The position numbers and the translations under genes are program-made. 64,000 nucleotides of DNA from an uncultured Ilumatobacteraceae bacterium (lineage in GTDB: Bacteria; Actinomycetota; Acidimicrobiia; Acidimicrobiales; Ilumatobacteraceae), in assembly GCA_964565705.1 (NCBI GenBank), contig CAZMGD010000003.1, positions 12,799-76,798 on the forward strand, in the 5' to 3' direction. Below the pieces are notes generated by a model. It saw only the letters and a list, made by a program, of their open reading frames with translations. It was not told the DNA's origin and did not search any database. Shown here piece by piece: positions 27,380 to 35,935 of this stretch. Position 1 is the stretch's first letter. Every line of letters starts with the position of its first letter.

Positions 27380-27488
27380 CGGCGGGCCAACCTACTGGCG
27401 CAGCGCGGTCGCCTCGAACTCCACGGTTCTCAGGGAACTCACACGGAGCGTCCAGCGGCGCTTGTGGATCCCGGCCGACAGTGACGGT

Positions 27489-28406
27489 ATGGAACCGCTC
27501 GACCCTCCTCGCCACACCGTGACCGACCACCCGTCGGGCCCGCCGCTGGTGGCCCCGGGCGATGCCTCCGAGAACCTCTGGGCACCGCCGCCACCCCCGG
27601 TCGCCTCGCCGCGCACGTACCGGCGGCGGCGCACGACAGCGCTGCTCGGCGTGTCCGCGGCGATCGCGCTGGCCGCCGGTGCGGGCGGTGGCTTCCTCGC
27701 CGCCAGCACCCAGGACCACGGCGGATCGACGTCGATCGCCAAGGTCCAGTCGGTCAGCCTCACCTCCGGAGCGAGCATCGCCGACCTGGTGCAGTCGCTC
27801 GAGTCGTCGGTGGTGTCCGTCGACACCGAGGTGGAGGTGCGCCAGGGCCCGTTCGTCCGGCAGGGTCAGGGCGCCGGCTCTGGCATCGTGCTGGAGGGCG
27901 GCTACATCCTGACCAACGCCCACGTCGTCGCGGACGCGACCTCGATCACGGTCACGCCGGCGGGGACCGGCACCGCTCGCACCGCGACGCTCGTCGGGGC
28001 CGACACGGCCAACGACGTGGCGGTGTTGAAGGTGGACGACACCACGGGTATGACGCCGGCGACGCTCGGCGACAGCGGCGCCGCCCAGGTCGGTGACTCG
28101 GTGATCGCGATCGGCAACGCGCTCGCGCTCGAGGGCGGGCTGACGGTGACCGAGGGGATCGTCTCGGCGACCGGCCGCACCATCGAGGACGAGAACGGCA
28201 CGCTGACCAACCTGATCCAGACCGACGCGGCGATCTCCTCGGGCAACTCCGGCGGCGCGCTCGTGAACACCAGCGGCGAGGTGATCGGGATGAACTCTGC
28301 AGTCGCCACGAGCAGCGGTTCGGTGTCGGCGTCCAACATCGGATTCGCCATCGCGATCAACCACGCGATGGACATCGCCGAGCAGCTGATCAACAGCGGC
28401 ACCTGA
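27489..28406 (+). CDS. Membrane-anchored trypsin-like serine protease (S1C/HtrA-like, no PDZ seen)
   Basis: Real start is MEPLD (ATG 27489). There is a TM segment ALLGVSAAIALAAGAGGGFLAA. Catalytic triad contexts: TNAHVV, NDVAVLKV, GNSGGALV. Confidence 0.85.
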   Translation: MEPLDPPRHTVTDHPSGPPLVAPGDASENLWAPPPPPVASPRTYRRRRTTALLGVSAAIALAAGAGGGFLAASTQDHGGSTSIAKVQSVSLTSGASIADLVQSLESSVVSVDTEVEVRQGPFVRQGQGAGSGIVLEGGYILTNAHVVADATSITVTPAGTGTARTATLVGADTANDVAVLKVDDTTGMTPATLGDSGAAQVGDSVIAIGNALALEGGLTVTEGIVSATGRTIEDENGTLTNLIQTDAAISSGNSGGALVNTSGEVIGMNSAVATSSGSVSASNIGFAIAINHAMDIAEQLINSGT

Positions 28407-28461
28407 GCCAACGGTCACGTCGCCCGGCCCGACCCGACCGCCGCGGGCGCCCGAGCCGTAG

Positions 28462-28478
28462 TCTGACGGTGTGTCAGA
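28462..28478. promoter_or_regulatory. Type-1 operator-like palindrome, site 1f (TCTGACGGTGTGTCAGA)
   Basis: Perfect inverted repeat at or overlapping the first candidate start (GTG 28471) of the DUF35-thiolase operon. Confidence 0.6.
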
Positions 28479-28947
28479 ACGTGTGAGGGTGCCCGCGGTG
28501 GAAGGGTGGTTCACCACCCCCGCCGACGGCGACGACGAGCAACCGCAGCTGATCGGCGCGAAGTGCGTGCAGTGCGCGACCTACGTGTTCCCGCCGCGGG
28601 CCACCGGGTGCCCGAACCCGGCATGCGACAGCGATGAGCTGGCGCCGGCGCCGCTGTCGCGACGGGGCAGGGTGTGGAGCTACACCGAGAACCGGTACGC
28701 GCCGCCGCCGCCGTTCAAGGCACCGGATCCGTACGAGCCGTACGCGCTCGCCGCGGTCGAGCTCGAGGCCGAGGGACTCGTCGTGCTCGGCCAGGTGGCC
28801 GAGGGTGTGCTCGCCGCCGACCTCACCGTCGGCATGGAGATGCAGCTCGAGATCGGCACGCTCTACAGCGACACCGACGACGACGGCAACACCGTCGACC
28901 ACCTCGTCTACATGTGGGCGCCCGCGGCGCCGTTGGGAGCGAAGTGA
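28471..28947 (+). CDS. DUF35-type Zn-ribbon/OB-fold protein (thiolase partner)
   Basis: Zn ribbon CVQC...CPNPAC followed by an OB region (GRVWSYT...LAAVELEAEGLVVLGQV). The true start may be a downstream GTG (28483/28489). Confidence 0.8.
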   Translation: MSERVRVPAVEGWFTTPADGDDEQPQLIGAKCVQCATYVFPPRATGCPNPACDSDELAPAPLSRRGRVWSYTENRYAPPPPFKAPDPYEPYALAAVELEAEGLVVLGQVAEGVLAADLTVGMEMQLEIGTLYSDTDDDGNTVDHLVYMWAPAAPLGAK

Positions 28948-30146
28948 TGAGTGATCGAGACATCGTCATCCTCGGCGCCGGCATGCACCCATGGGGCAAG
29001 TGGGGCCGCGACTTCACCGAGTACGGGATGGTCGCCGCCCGTACCGCACTGGCCGACGCCGGCCTCGCGTGGAGCGACGTGCAGTACGTCGCCGGCGCGG
29101 AGACGATCCGCAACGGCTATCCGGGGTTCGTCCCCGGCTCCACATTCGCCCAGAAACTCGGCTGGACCGGCGTGCCCGTGTCGTCGAGCTACGCGGCCTG
29201 CGCGTCCGGCTCGACAGCGCTGCAGGCGGCCCGCGCCAACATCCTCGCCGGGTTCTGCGACGTGGCGTTGGTGATCGGTGCCGACACCACCCCGAAGGGC
29301 TTCTTCGCCCCGGTCGGCGGCGAGCGCAGGACCGATCCCGACTGGCTGCGCTTCCACCTGCTCGGAGCGACCAACCCGGTGTACTTCGCCCTCAACGCCC
29401 GGCGCCGGATGGATGTGTACGGCGCGACCGCCGACGACTTCGCCCAGGTGAAGGTCAAGAACAGCCGCCACGGCCTGGAGAACCCCAACGCCCGGTTCCG
29501 CAAGGAGAACACGGTCGAGGACGTCGTCAACAGCCCGATCGTCAGCGACCCGCTGCGCCTGCTCGACATCTGCGCGACGAGCGACGGCGCGGCCGCGTTG
29601 ATCGTCGCCAGCAAGGAGTACGCCGAGTCCAAGCTCGGCAACCTCGCCGGTGTGCCCCGGGTGCGCGCCGTGTCGACCACGACGCCGACGTACCCGCAGA
29701 CGCGGCTCGAGCTGCCCGACTTCGCCACCGACTCCTCGGCCGTGGTCACGCCGCCGTCGCGCGGGTTCAAGGACGCGCTCATCTGGAACGCGTACGAGCA
29801 GGCGGGCCTCGGACCGGACGACGTGTCGTTCGCCGAGGTCTACGACCTGTCGACCGCGCTCGAGCTCGACTGGTACGAGAACCTCGGTCTGTGTGCCGAG
29901 GGTGAGGCAGAGCAGCTGCTGCGCAAGGGCGACACGACGATCGGCGGGCGCGTGCCCGTCAACCCGTCGGGTGGTCTGGCCTGCTTCGGTGAGGCGATCC
30001 CGGCCCAGGCGATCGCCCAGGTCTGCGAGCTCACCTGGCAGCTGCGCGGCCAGGCGACCGGTCGCCAGGTCGAGGGCGCGAAGGTCGGGATCACCGCCAA
30101 CCAGGGTCTGTTCGGGCACGGCTCGTCCGTGATCGTGAGCATCTGA
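28947..30146 (+). CDS. SCP-x/Ltp-type thiolase (lipid-transfer-protein-like ketoacyl-CoA thiolase/aldolase)
   Basis: Real start is MSDRDIVILGAG (ATG 28947, 1-nt overlap TGATG). Nucleophile context YAACASGSTAL; also NPSGGLACFGE. Confidence 0.85.
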   Translation: MSDRDIVILGAGMHPWGKWGRDFTEYGMVAARTALADAGLAWSDVQYVAGAETIRNGYPGFVPGSTFAQKLGWTGVPVSSSYAACASGSTALQAARANILAGFCDVALVIGADTTPKGFFAPVGGERRTDPDWLRFHLLGATNPVYFALNARRRMDVYGATADDFAQVKVKNSRHGLENPNARFRKENTVEDVVNSPIVSDPLRLLDICATSDGAAALIVASKEYAESKLGNLAGVPRVRAVSTTTPTYPQTRLELPDFATDSSAVVTPPSRGFKDALIWNAYEQAGLGPDDVSFAEVYDLSTALELDWYENLGLCAEGEAEQLLRKGDTTIGGRVPVNPSGGLACFGEAIPAQAIAQVCELTWQLRGQATGRQVEGAKVGITANQGLFGHGSSVIVSI

Positions 30147-30157
30147 AGGAGACACTC

Positions 30158-31306
30158 ATGGCTGAAGCATTCATCGTCGACGCAGTCCGCGCTCCGGTGG
30201 GCAAGCGCGGCGGCGGGCTGTCCGGCGTGCACCCGGCCGACCTCGGCGCGCACTCGATCAAGGCGCTGATCGAACGCACCGGGATCGACCCGGGCGCGGT
30301 CGACGACGTCGTGTTCGGCAACGTCGACTCGATCGGCCCGCAGGCCGGCGACATCGCCCGCACCTGCTGGCTCGTCGCCGGCATGCCCGAGCACGTGGCC
30401 GGCACGACCGTCGACCGTCAGTGCGGCTCCTCGCAGCAGGCGGTGCACTTCGCTGCCCAGGGCGTGATGAGCGGCACGCAGGATCTCGTCGTCGCCGGCG
30501 GCGTGCAGAACATGAGCCAGATCCCGATCAGCTCGGCGATGACCGCGGCCGAGCCGCTCGGCTTCACCGATCCGTTCAGCGGGTCGAAGGGTTGGGTCGC
30601 CCGGTACGGCAACGAGCCCGTCGACCAGTTCCACGGCGCCGAGATGATCGCCGCGAAGTGGGATCTGTCCCGCGAGGTGATGGAGGAGTTCGCCGTCGAC
30701 AGCCACGTGAAGGCGATCCGCGCTCGCGAGGAGGGTCGTTTCGAGACTCAGATCGCTCCGCTCGACGGCTGCACGTTCGACGAGGGCCCGCGCGAGCCGA
30801 ACTGGGACAAGATCCGCTCGCTGCCGACGCTCGTGCCCGGCGGCCGTCTGACGGCCGCGCTCGCCAGCCAGATCAGCGACAGTTCGGCCGCCCTGCTGAT
30901 CGCCAGCGAGGCTGCGCTGAAGACGCACAACCTGACGCCGCGTGCCCGCATCCACCACCTCAGCGTTCGCGGTGACGACCCGATCATGATGCTGTCGGCA
31001 CCGATCCCGGCGACCCGGTACGCGCTGGAGAAGACCGGCCTCACGCCCGACGACATCGACCTGGTCGAGATCAACGAAGCGTTCGCCTCGGTCGTGCTGG
31101 CCTGGCAGAAGGAACTGGACTGGGACCTGTCCAAGGTCAACGTCAACGGTGGGGCGATTGCACTCGGCCACCCGCTCGGCGCCACCGGCGCCCGCCTGAT
31201 GACGACGCTGCTGTACGAGCTCGAGCGCACCGGCGGCCGCTACGGCCTGCAGACGATGTGCGAGGGCGGCGGCCAGGCCAACGTCACCATCATCGAACGC
31301 CTCTGA
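30158..31306 (+). CDS. Acetyl-CoA C-acyltransferase (degradative thiolase, FadA type)
   Basis: Motifs VDRQCGSSQQAV, NVNGGAIALGHPLGATGA and MCEGGGQAN. AAGGAG RBS. Confidence 0.92.
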   Translation: MAEAFIVDAVRAPVGKRGGGLSGVHPADLGAHSIKALIERTGIDPGAVDDVVFGNVDSIGPQAGDIARTCWLVAGMPEHVAGTTVDRQCGSSQQAVHFAAQGVMSGTQDLVVAGGVQNMSQIPISSAMTAAEPLGFTDPFSGSKGWVARYGNEPVDQFHGAEMIAAKWDLSREVMEEFAVDSHVKAIRAREEGRFETQIAPLDGCTFDEGPREPNWDKIRSLPTLVPGGRLTAALASQISDSSAALLIASEAALKTHNLTPRARIHHLSVRGDDPIMMLSAPIPATRYALEKTGLTPDDIDLVEINEAFASVVLAWQKELDWDLSKVNVNGGAIALGHPLGATGARLMTTLLYELERTGGRYGLQTMCEGGGQANVTIIERL

Positions 31307-31307
31307 C

Positions 31308-31431
31308 GGCTCGCTGCGCTCGCGTCTGCCCCTGAACCCGCCGGGCCGGGCTCGCTGCGCTCGCTGTCAGCGGCTGCGGGGCAGGTTCGTTGTCGCGCTC
31401 GCCGTGTTCGGGTGAGCTCGCTGCGCTCGCG
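31308..31431 (+). repeat. Three direct copies of the 16-17-mer GGCTCGCTGCGCTCGC(G) in one intergenic region
   Basis: Copies at 31308-31324, 31349-31364 and 31415-31431. A fourth, inverted copy lies at 16010-16026. The region also holds CAGGTTCGTT, shared with the 7228-7360 hairpin arms. Confidence 0.75.
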
Positions 31432-31511
31432 AAGCCTCGGTGACGCGGGTCGGGCGCTGGCGGCCCCGTCGACGTCACGACCCGACCTGGGGCCGCGTAC
31501 GGTCTCGGGGC

Positions 31512-32531
31512 GTGCACTACGACCTCCGACTCCGGCCTGCGCAACCGCAGGCGCCCGCCGCCGATGCCTATGAGATCCACCGCAGCGAGGTGCCGGCGAC
31601 AGCTGGTCGTGACGCGCTGACGGTGGCCTACGTGCGCGAGGGGGCCGGTGGCTACCCGCTGGTGCTGCTGCACGGCTACCCCGAGACCAAGCGGATCTGG
31701 TGGCGGAACATCGACGCCCTCGTGGCCGCCGGCTACGAGGTGATCGTGCCCGACCTGCGCGGGTTCGGGGACTCGGACCTCTCCGCCGACGACGTGTACG
31801 ACCTCGCCGCCTACAGCCGCGACGTGTACCTGCTGGTGCGCGACGCGCTCGGGCACGAGACGTGCGGGATCGTCGGCGGTGACGTCGGCGGGGCGACCGC
31901 GGTCGATCTCGTCCACCGGTTTCCCGGGTTCGTCGACAAGCTCGTGTTCTTCGACACGGTGCCGCCGATGTGCATCGACGACTACGTCGCCGCCGGCATC
32001 GACCTCGGCGCGATGCGCTCCATCGGGTCGGGTCCGACCGGTGACTACCGGTACCGCCAGGGCGCGACGCCCGACGAGCTGGCCGCCGAGCTGGACACGC
32101 CCGCCAAGCGCCGCCGGTACATCGGCGACATGTACGGCCACCGACTGTGGGCGTCGCCGGGCACGTTCGATCAGGACGCGATCGACTTCATGACCGAGCC
32201 GTTCGCGACCGACGAGCGGATCCGGGCGAGCTGGGCCGTCTACCAGCTCGCGCACGGTCGACCGTCCAGCGAGCCGGCGCTGATGAGCGACAAGGTCGAC
32301 GTGGCGACGCTGATCCTCTACGGCATGGACGACCAGGTGGTCGGGCCGGACTTCGTGCACTGCTGCGAGATCGCGTTCACCGACCGCGTCGGCCCGGTCG
32401 TGCTGCCCGGCGCCGGCCACTTCCTCCAGTGGGAGCGCGCCGACCTGTTCAACGGGCTGGTGGCCAGCTTCTTCGGCGATCTCCGCGAGCGTCACCGAAC
32501 CGGGACCCCCACCTGGATCTCAACTACTTGA
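31512..32531 (+). CDS. Alpha/beta hydrolase, epoxide hydrolase / haloacetate dehalogenase-like
   Basis: LVLLHGYPETKRIWWRNI and nucleophile context IVGGDVGG. Start is uncertain (GTG 31512 chosen, GTG 31440 possible). Confidence 0.8.
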   Translation: MHYDLRLRPAQPQAPAADAYEIHRSEVPATAGRDALTVAYVREGAGGYPLVLLHGYPETKRIWWRNIDALVAAGYEVIVPDLRGFGDSDLSADDVYDLAAYSRDVYLLVRDALGHETCGIVGGDVGGATAVDLVHRFPGFVDKLVFFDTVPPMCIDDYVAAGIDLGAMRSIGSGPTGDYRYRQGATPDELAAELDTPAKRRRYIGDMYGHRLWASPGTFDQDAIDFMTEPFATDERIRASWAVYQLAHGRPSSEPALMSDKVDVATLILYGMDDQVVGPDFVHCCEIAFTDRVGPVVLPGAGHFLQWERADLFNGLVASFFGDLRERHRTGTPTWISTT

Positions 32532-32538
32532 CATCAAG
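32515..32538. promoter_or_regulatory. Type-2 AT-rich operator-like palindrome, site 2a
   Basis: The minus strand reads CTTGATGTCAAG-TA-GTTGAGATCC. Spans the hydrolase stop and lies ~48 nt upstream of the KstD-like ATG 32586. Confidence 0.55.
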
Positions 32539-32585
32539 TGGTTGGTGATCGATGATGGCCGCGCTGGCTGTCGTTGGGGGTGCAC

Positions 32586-34304
32586 ATGGCCGACTGGGGA
32601 CACAACGTCGACCTCTTGGTCATGGGATCGGGCGCCGCCGGACTGGCCGGGGCACTGCGGGCCGCCAGCCTCGGCCGTTCGGTGCTGATCGTCGAGAAGA
32701 GCGACGTGTGGGGTGGCTCGGCGGCGATGTCGGCCGGCGCGCTGTGGGTGCCGTGCAACACCGCGATGCGAGTCATCGGTCTCGAGGACTCCGAGGACGA
32801 CGCCATCCGCTACCTGACCTCCATCACCCACGGCGAGATCGACGAGTCGCGGCTGCGCGCGTTCGTCACCGAGTCGAACCGGATGATCGACTGGCTCGCC
32901 GCCAACAGCCACGTGACGTTCACGTCCCTGGAGCACTACCCCGACTACAACACCGACGTCGACGGTGCCCGACCCGGTGGCCGCTCGCTGGAACCGGATG
33001 CCTTCGACGCGACCGAGCTGGGCGACGCGTTCCGCACGCAGCACGAGCCTTACCCGGGCACGCTGATCCTGGGCAAGTTCCTGATGCGCATCCCCGAGGC
33101 GCGCGACCTCCTGATGCCGGGCATCAAGCCGAAGCTCGGCCTCGCCAAGGGTTTCGCCCGGTACTCCTCGAGATCCACGGCCCGCAAGCGATTCGGTGGC
33201 CGCGACCCGTACCTCACGATGGGGCAGGCGCTGACGGCGAGGCTGCGCCTATCGCTGAACGAGCGCGGTGTGCCGCTGTGGCTGAACGCACCCGTGCGCT
33301 CGCTGATCACCGAGGGCGACCGCGTCGTCGGCGCCGAGGTGGAGCGCGACGGTCGCACCGTCCGCGTTCGCGCCCACCGCGGCGTGCTGGTCGCATCGGG
33401 CGGCTTCGAGCGCGACCCGGAGATGCGCCAGCGGTATCAACGCGCACCGATCGGGGTCGACTGGACGGTGGGGCACGTCGGCAACACCGGCGACGGCATC
33501 CGTGCCGGCGAGGCGGTCGGCGGCGCGCTCGACACGGCGCTCATGGCCGAGGCGTGGTGGACGCCAGCGGTCGTCCCACCGGGCAGGGGCCCATCGGTCC
33601 TGGTGATCGAGAAGAGCCTGCCGCACGGCCTGTTCGTCACCCGCGACGGCCATCGGTTCGTGAACGAGGCGGCCAACTACAACGACGTGGGCGTCGTCAT
33701 GTTCGACACCGAGCAGCGCGGCGACGGCGCGGTGCCGGCCTGGTGGATCGTCGATGCGACCTACCGCAAGCGGTTCATCATCGGCCCGGTCGGGCCCGGC
33801 CAGATGATGCCGGACAAGAAGTTGCCGACCGCGCTGCAGCCCGGCAACGGCTGGCTGCACAAGGCCGAGACCCTCGACGACCTGGCCCGCGAGATCGGGC
33901 TCGACCCCGCCGTGCTCGGCGCGACCATCGAGCGGTTCAACGCCAACTCCCGGCGCGGCGACGACCCCGACTTCCATCGCGGCGAGACCGCCAACGACCG
34001 CTACTACTCCGACCCGCGGGTCAGCCCGAACCCGTCGCTCGGACCGGTCGAGACGGCGCCGTTCTACGCGGTGGAGGTGTTCCCGGGTGACCTCGGGACG
34101 AAGGCCGGGCTGATCACCGATGGCTCCAGCCGGGTGCTGCGCGAGGACGGCTCGGTGATCACCGGGCTGTACGCCGCCGGCAACACCGCGTCCACCGTGA
34201 TGGGCCGCTCGTACCCGGGCGCCGGTGCGACCCTCGCGCCGGCGATGCTCGGCGGATTCCTCGCCGCTGAGGCACTGGCGGCCGACGACGAGCACACCGG
34301 CTGA
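32586..34304 (+). CDS. FAD-dependent oxidoreductase, 3-oxosteroid 1-dehydrogenase (KstD) family
   Basis: DLLVMGSGAAGLAGAL, VEKSDVWGGSAAMSAGALW and a C-terminal GLYAAGN. ATG 32586 follows GGGGG; the track ORF starts at 32574. Confidence 0.8.
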   Translation: MADWGHNVDLLVMGSGAAGLAGALRAASLGRSVLIVEKSDVWGGSAAMSAGALWVPCNTAMRVIGLEDSEDDAIRYLTSITHGEIDESRLRAFVTESNRMIDWLAANSHVTFTSLEHYPDYNTDVDGARPGGRSLEPDAFDATELGDAFRTQHEPYPGTLILGKFLMRIPEARDLLMPGIKPKLGLAKGFARYSSRSTARKRFGGRDPYLTMGQALTARLRLSLNERGVPLWLNAPVRSLITEGDRVVGAEVERDGRTVRVRAHRGVLVASGGFERDPEMRQRYQRAPIGVDWTVGHVGNTGDGIRAGEAVGGALDTALMAEAWWTPAVVPPGRGPSVLVIEKSLPHGLFVTRDGHRFVNEAANYNDVGVVMFDTEQRGDGAVPAWWIVDATYRKRFIIGPVGPGQMMPDKKLPTALQPGNGWLHKAETLDDLAREIGLDPAVLGATIERFNANSRRGDDPDFHRGETANDRYYSDPRVSPNPSLGPVETAPFYAVEVFPGDLGTKAGLITDGSSRVLREDGSVITGLYAAGNTASTVMGRSYPGAGATLAPAMLGGFLAAEALAADDEHTG

Positions 34305-34358
34305 ACCGACGTGGGGGATCTGCCGGCCTGGGGAACCGCTCCGTTACAGTCGCCCACA

Positions 34359-34862
34359 ATGGCACCACGCAAGCGGGTCGACGACGCCCCCATCCCGCAG
34401 GCGGACACGGCGGACTACCGCCCGCGCGAGTTCGGCCGGATCACCTGGCTGATCAAGCTCGCCGAGCGAGAGGTCGGCAAGGAGCTCGATCGCGAGCTTC
34501 GCCACTCCGGTCTGACCAAGTCGCAGTTCGGTGTGCTGCAGGCGCTCATGCACCTCGAGCGGGCATCGTCGGCGGCTCTCGCTCGCACCGTCTTCGTGAC
34601 GCCACAGGCGATGGTCGGGATCGTCGCCGGCTTGGAGCGCAAGGGGTTCATCCGCCGCAAGACCTCGCGGGCGTCGGCACGCGTGATCGAGGCGACGGTC
34701 ACGGCGGCGGGCAGAGCCGCCTACGACGAGGGGGTCGACATGATCCGCAAGGTCGACGACATGCTCGCCCAGGAGTTCACCGACACCGAGCTGAGCGCCC
34801 TCAACGACTACCTGGAGCGGATGATCAACGTCGTCCAGACCGCCAACGGCAGCTTCCCCTGA
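34359..34862 (+). CDS. MarR family transcriptional regulator
   Basis: Winged-HTH core LTKSQFGVLQAL...ALARTVFVTPQAMVGIVAGLERKGFIRR. Alternative GTG start at 34311. Confidence 0.88.
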   Translation: MAPRKRVDDAPIPQADTADYRPREFGRITWLIKLAEREVGKELDRELRHSGLTKSQFGVLQALMHLERASSAALARTVFVTPQAMVGIVAGLERKGFIRRKTSRASARVIEATVTAAGRAAYDEGVDMIRKVDDMLAQEFTDTELSALNDYLERMINVVQTANGSFP

Positions 34863-34876
34863 CCGAGACCCGACGG

Positions 34877-35935
34877 TCAGCCGAACGTGGCGAACGCCTT
34901 GTTCGAGTTGAACACGGTCGTCTCGACGTAGGTGCTCCACGTCAGGCCGAGCCCCGCCTCCTCCACGGCGCCGAGCAGGCAGAACCAGTTGAGCATCTCC
35001 TGCTGACCGGAGCGCTCGATCGAATCGAGCGTCGCGTCGTGCCAGGGTGCGTGGTCGCCGCTGACCAGCGCCTCGTAGAGCACGCGGTCGGCGGGGTTGT
35101 CCGGCCACATCCGCCACCCGGCGTCGTGCAGGAAGCCGTGCGACCAGCTCGACGAGGCGACGAGCGCGACCCGAAGATCGCTCGCCGCGGCGGCCCGGGC
35201 GACGGCGCGGCCGACCTCGATGCACCGTCGCGGCGACGGGCTCGGCGGGTCGAGCGGCGGGGGCTCGTCATCGGCAGCGAAGCGGGCCATCCCGCCGCGT
35301 CGGCCGATCGCCAGGCGCCCGTAGCAGTTGACCGTCATCGGCACCACCGGATGCGCGAACCCATCCCGTCCGTAGTCGAGGAACAGCACCGTGTTGGCGA
35401 TCGCGTGGGGGAACGGCCGGTCGGCGCGCGGTCCGTACGAGTAGGCGACGTCGACGCCGTCGTCGAGCAGCGCGGCGGCGAGCGACCGGCCGAACGCGGC
35501 ATGGCCAGGCACGCCGAACGTCGTGTCGATCGGTTCGTCCCACACGTTCGGGACCGCCGTCCCCGACGGTGATCGCCACGGCTGGAACGTCAGCTCGTCG
35601 GCGGCGATCACGCAGAACGCCGGCACGACGTCCTCACGGAACAGCTCGTACTGGTCGTCGCCCCAGATCACGACGGCGTCGGGTCCGAACGCGTCCAGCT
35701 CGGCACGGATGCGCGCGCACCCGGCGACCAGCGCCGACCGATGGGCCCGAGCCGCCTCGATCCGGTCGCGGTCGTACTCGGCGCGCATCCCCTCCGGCCA
35801 GCCGTCCCCGGCCTTGACCGCCTCGGGCACCGCAGGATCGGCGAGCGCGAACTGCAGCGCCCGATCCATCATCTCGTCGGGCCAGGCGAGCGGTGGGAAG
35901 TGGGTGAGGCCGAGACCGAGGATCTCACCCATCAC
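34877..35935 (-). CDS. Class III (LigB-type) extradiol ring-cleavage dioxygenase family protein
   Basis: 352 aa with ILGLGLTHFPPL, VVIWGDDQYE and SSSWSHGF, typical of PF02900 enzymes. Confidence 0.7.
   Translation of the reverse strand: MMGEILGLGLTHFPPLAWPDEMMDRALQFALADPAVPEAVKAGDGWPEGMRAEYDRDRIEAARAHRSALVAGCARIRAELDAFGPDAVVIWGDDQYELFREDVVPAFCVIAADELTFQPWRSPSGTAVPNVWDEPIDTTFGVPGHAAFGRSLAAALLDDGVDVAYSYGPRADRPFPHAIANTVLFLDYGRDGFAHPVVPMTVNCYGRLAIGRRGGMARFAADDEPPPLDPPSPSPRRCIEVGRAVARAAAASDLRVALVASSSWSHGFLHDAGWRMWPDNPADRVLYEALVSGDHAPWHDATLDSIERSGQQEMLNWFCLLGAVEEAGLGLTWSTYVETTVFNSNKAFATFG

Noticed and set aside
27380-27488. Looked for a type-1 or type-2 operator upstream of the second ACAD pair and the divergent protease.
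   Set aside because: Nothing better than TTCTCAGGGAACTCACAC was found, which misses most palindrome positions.
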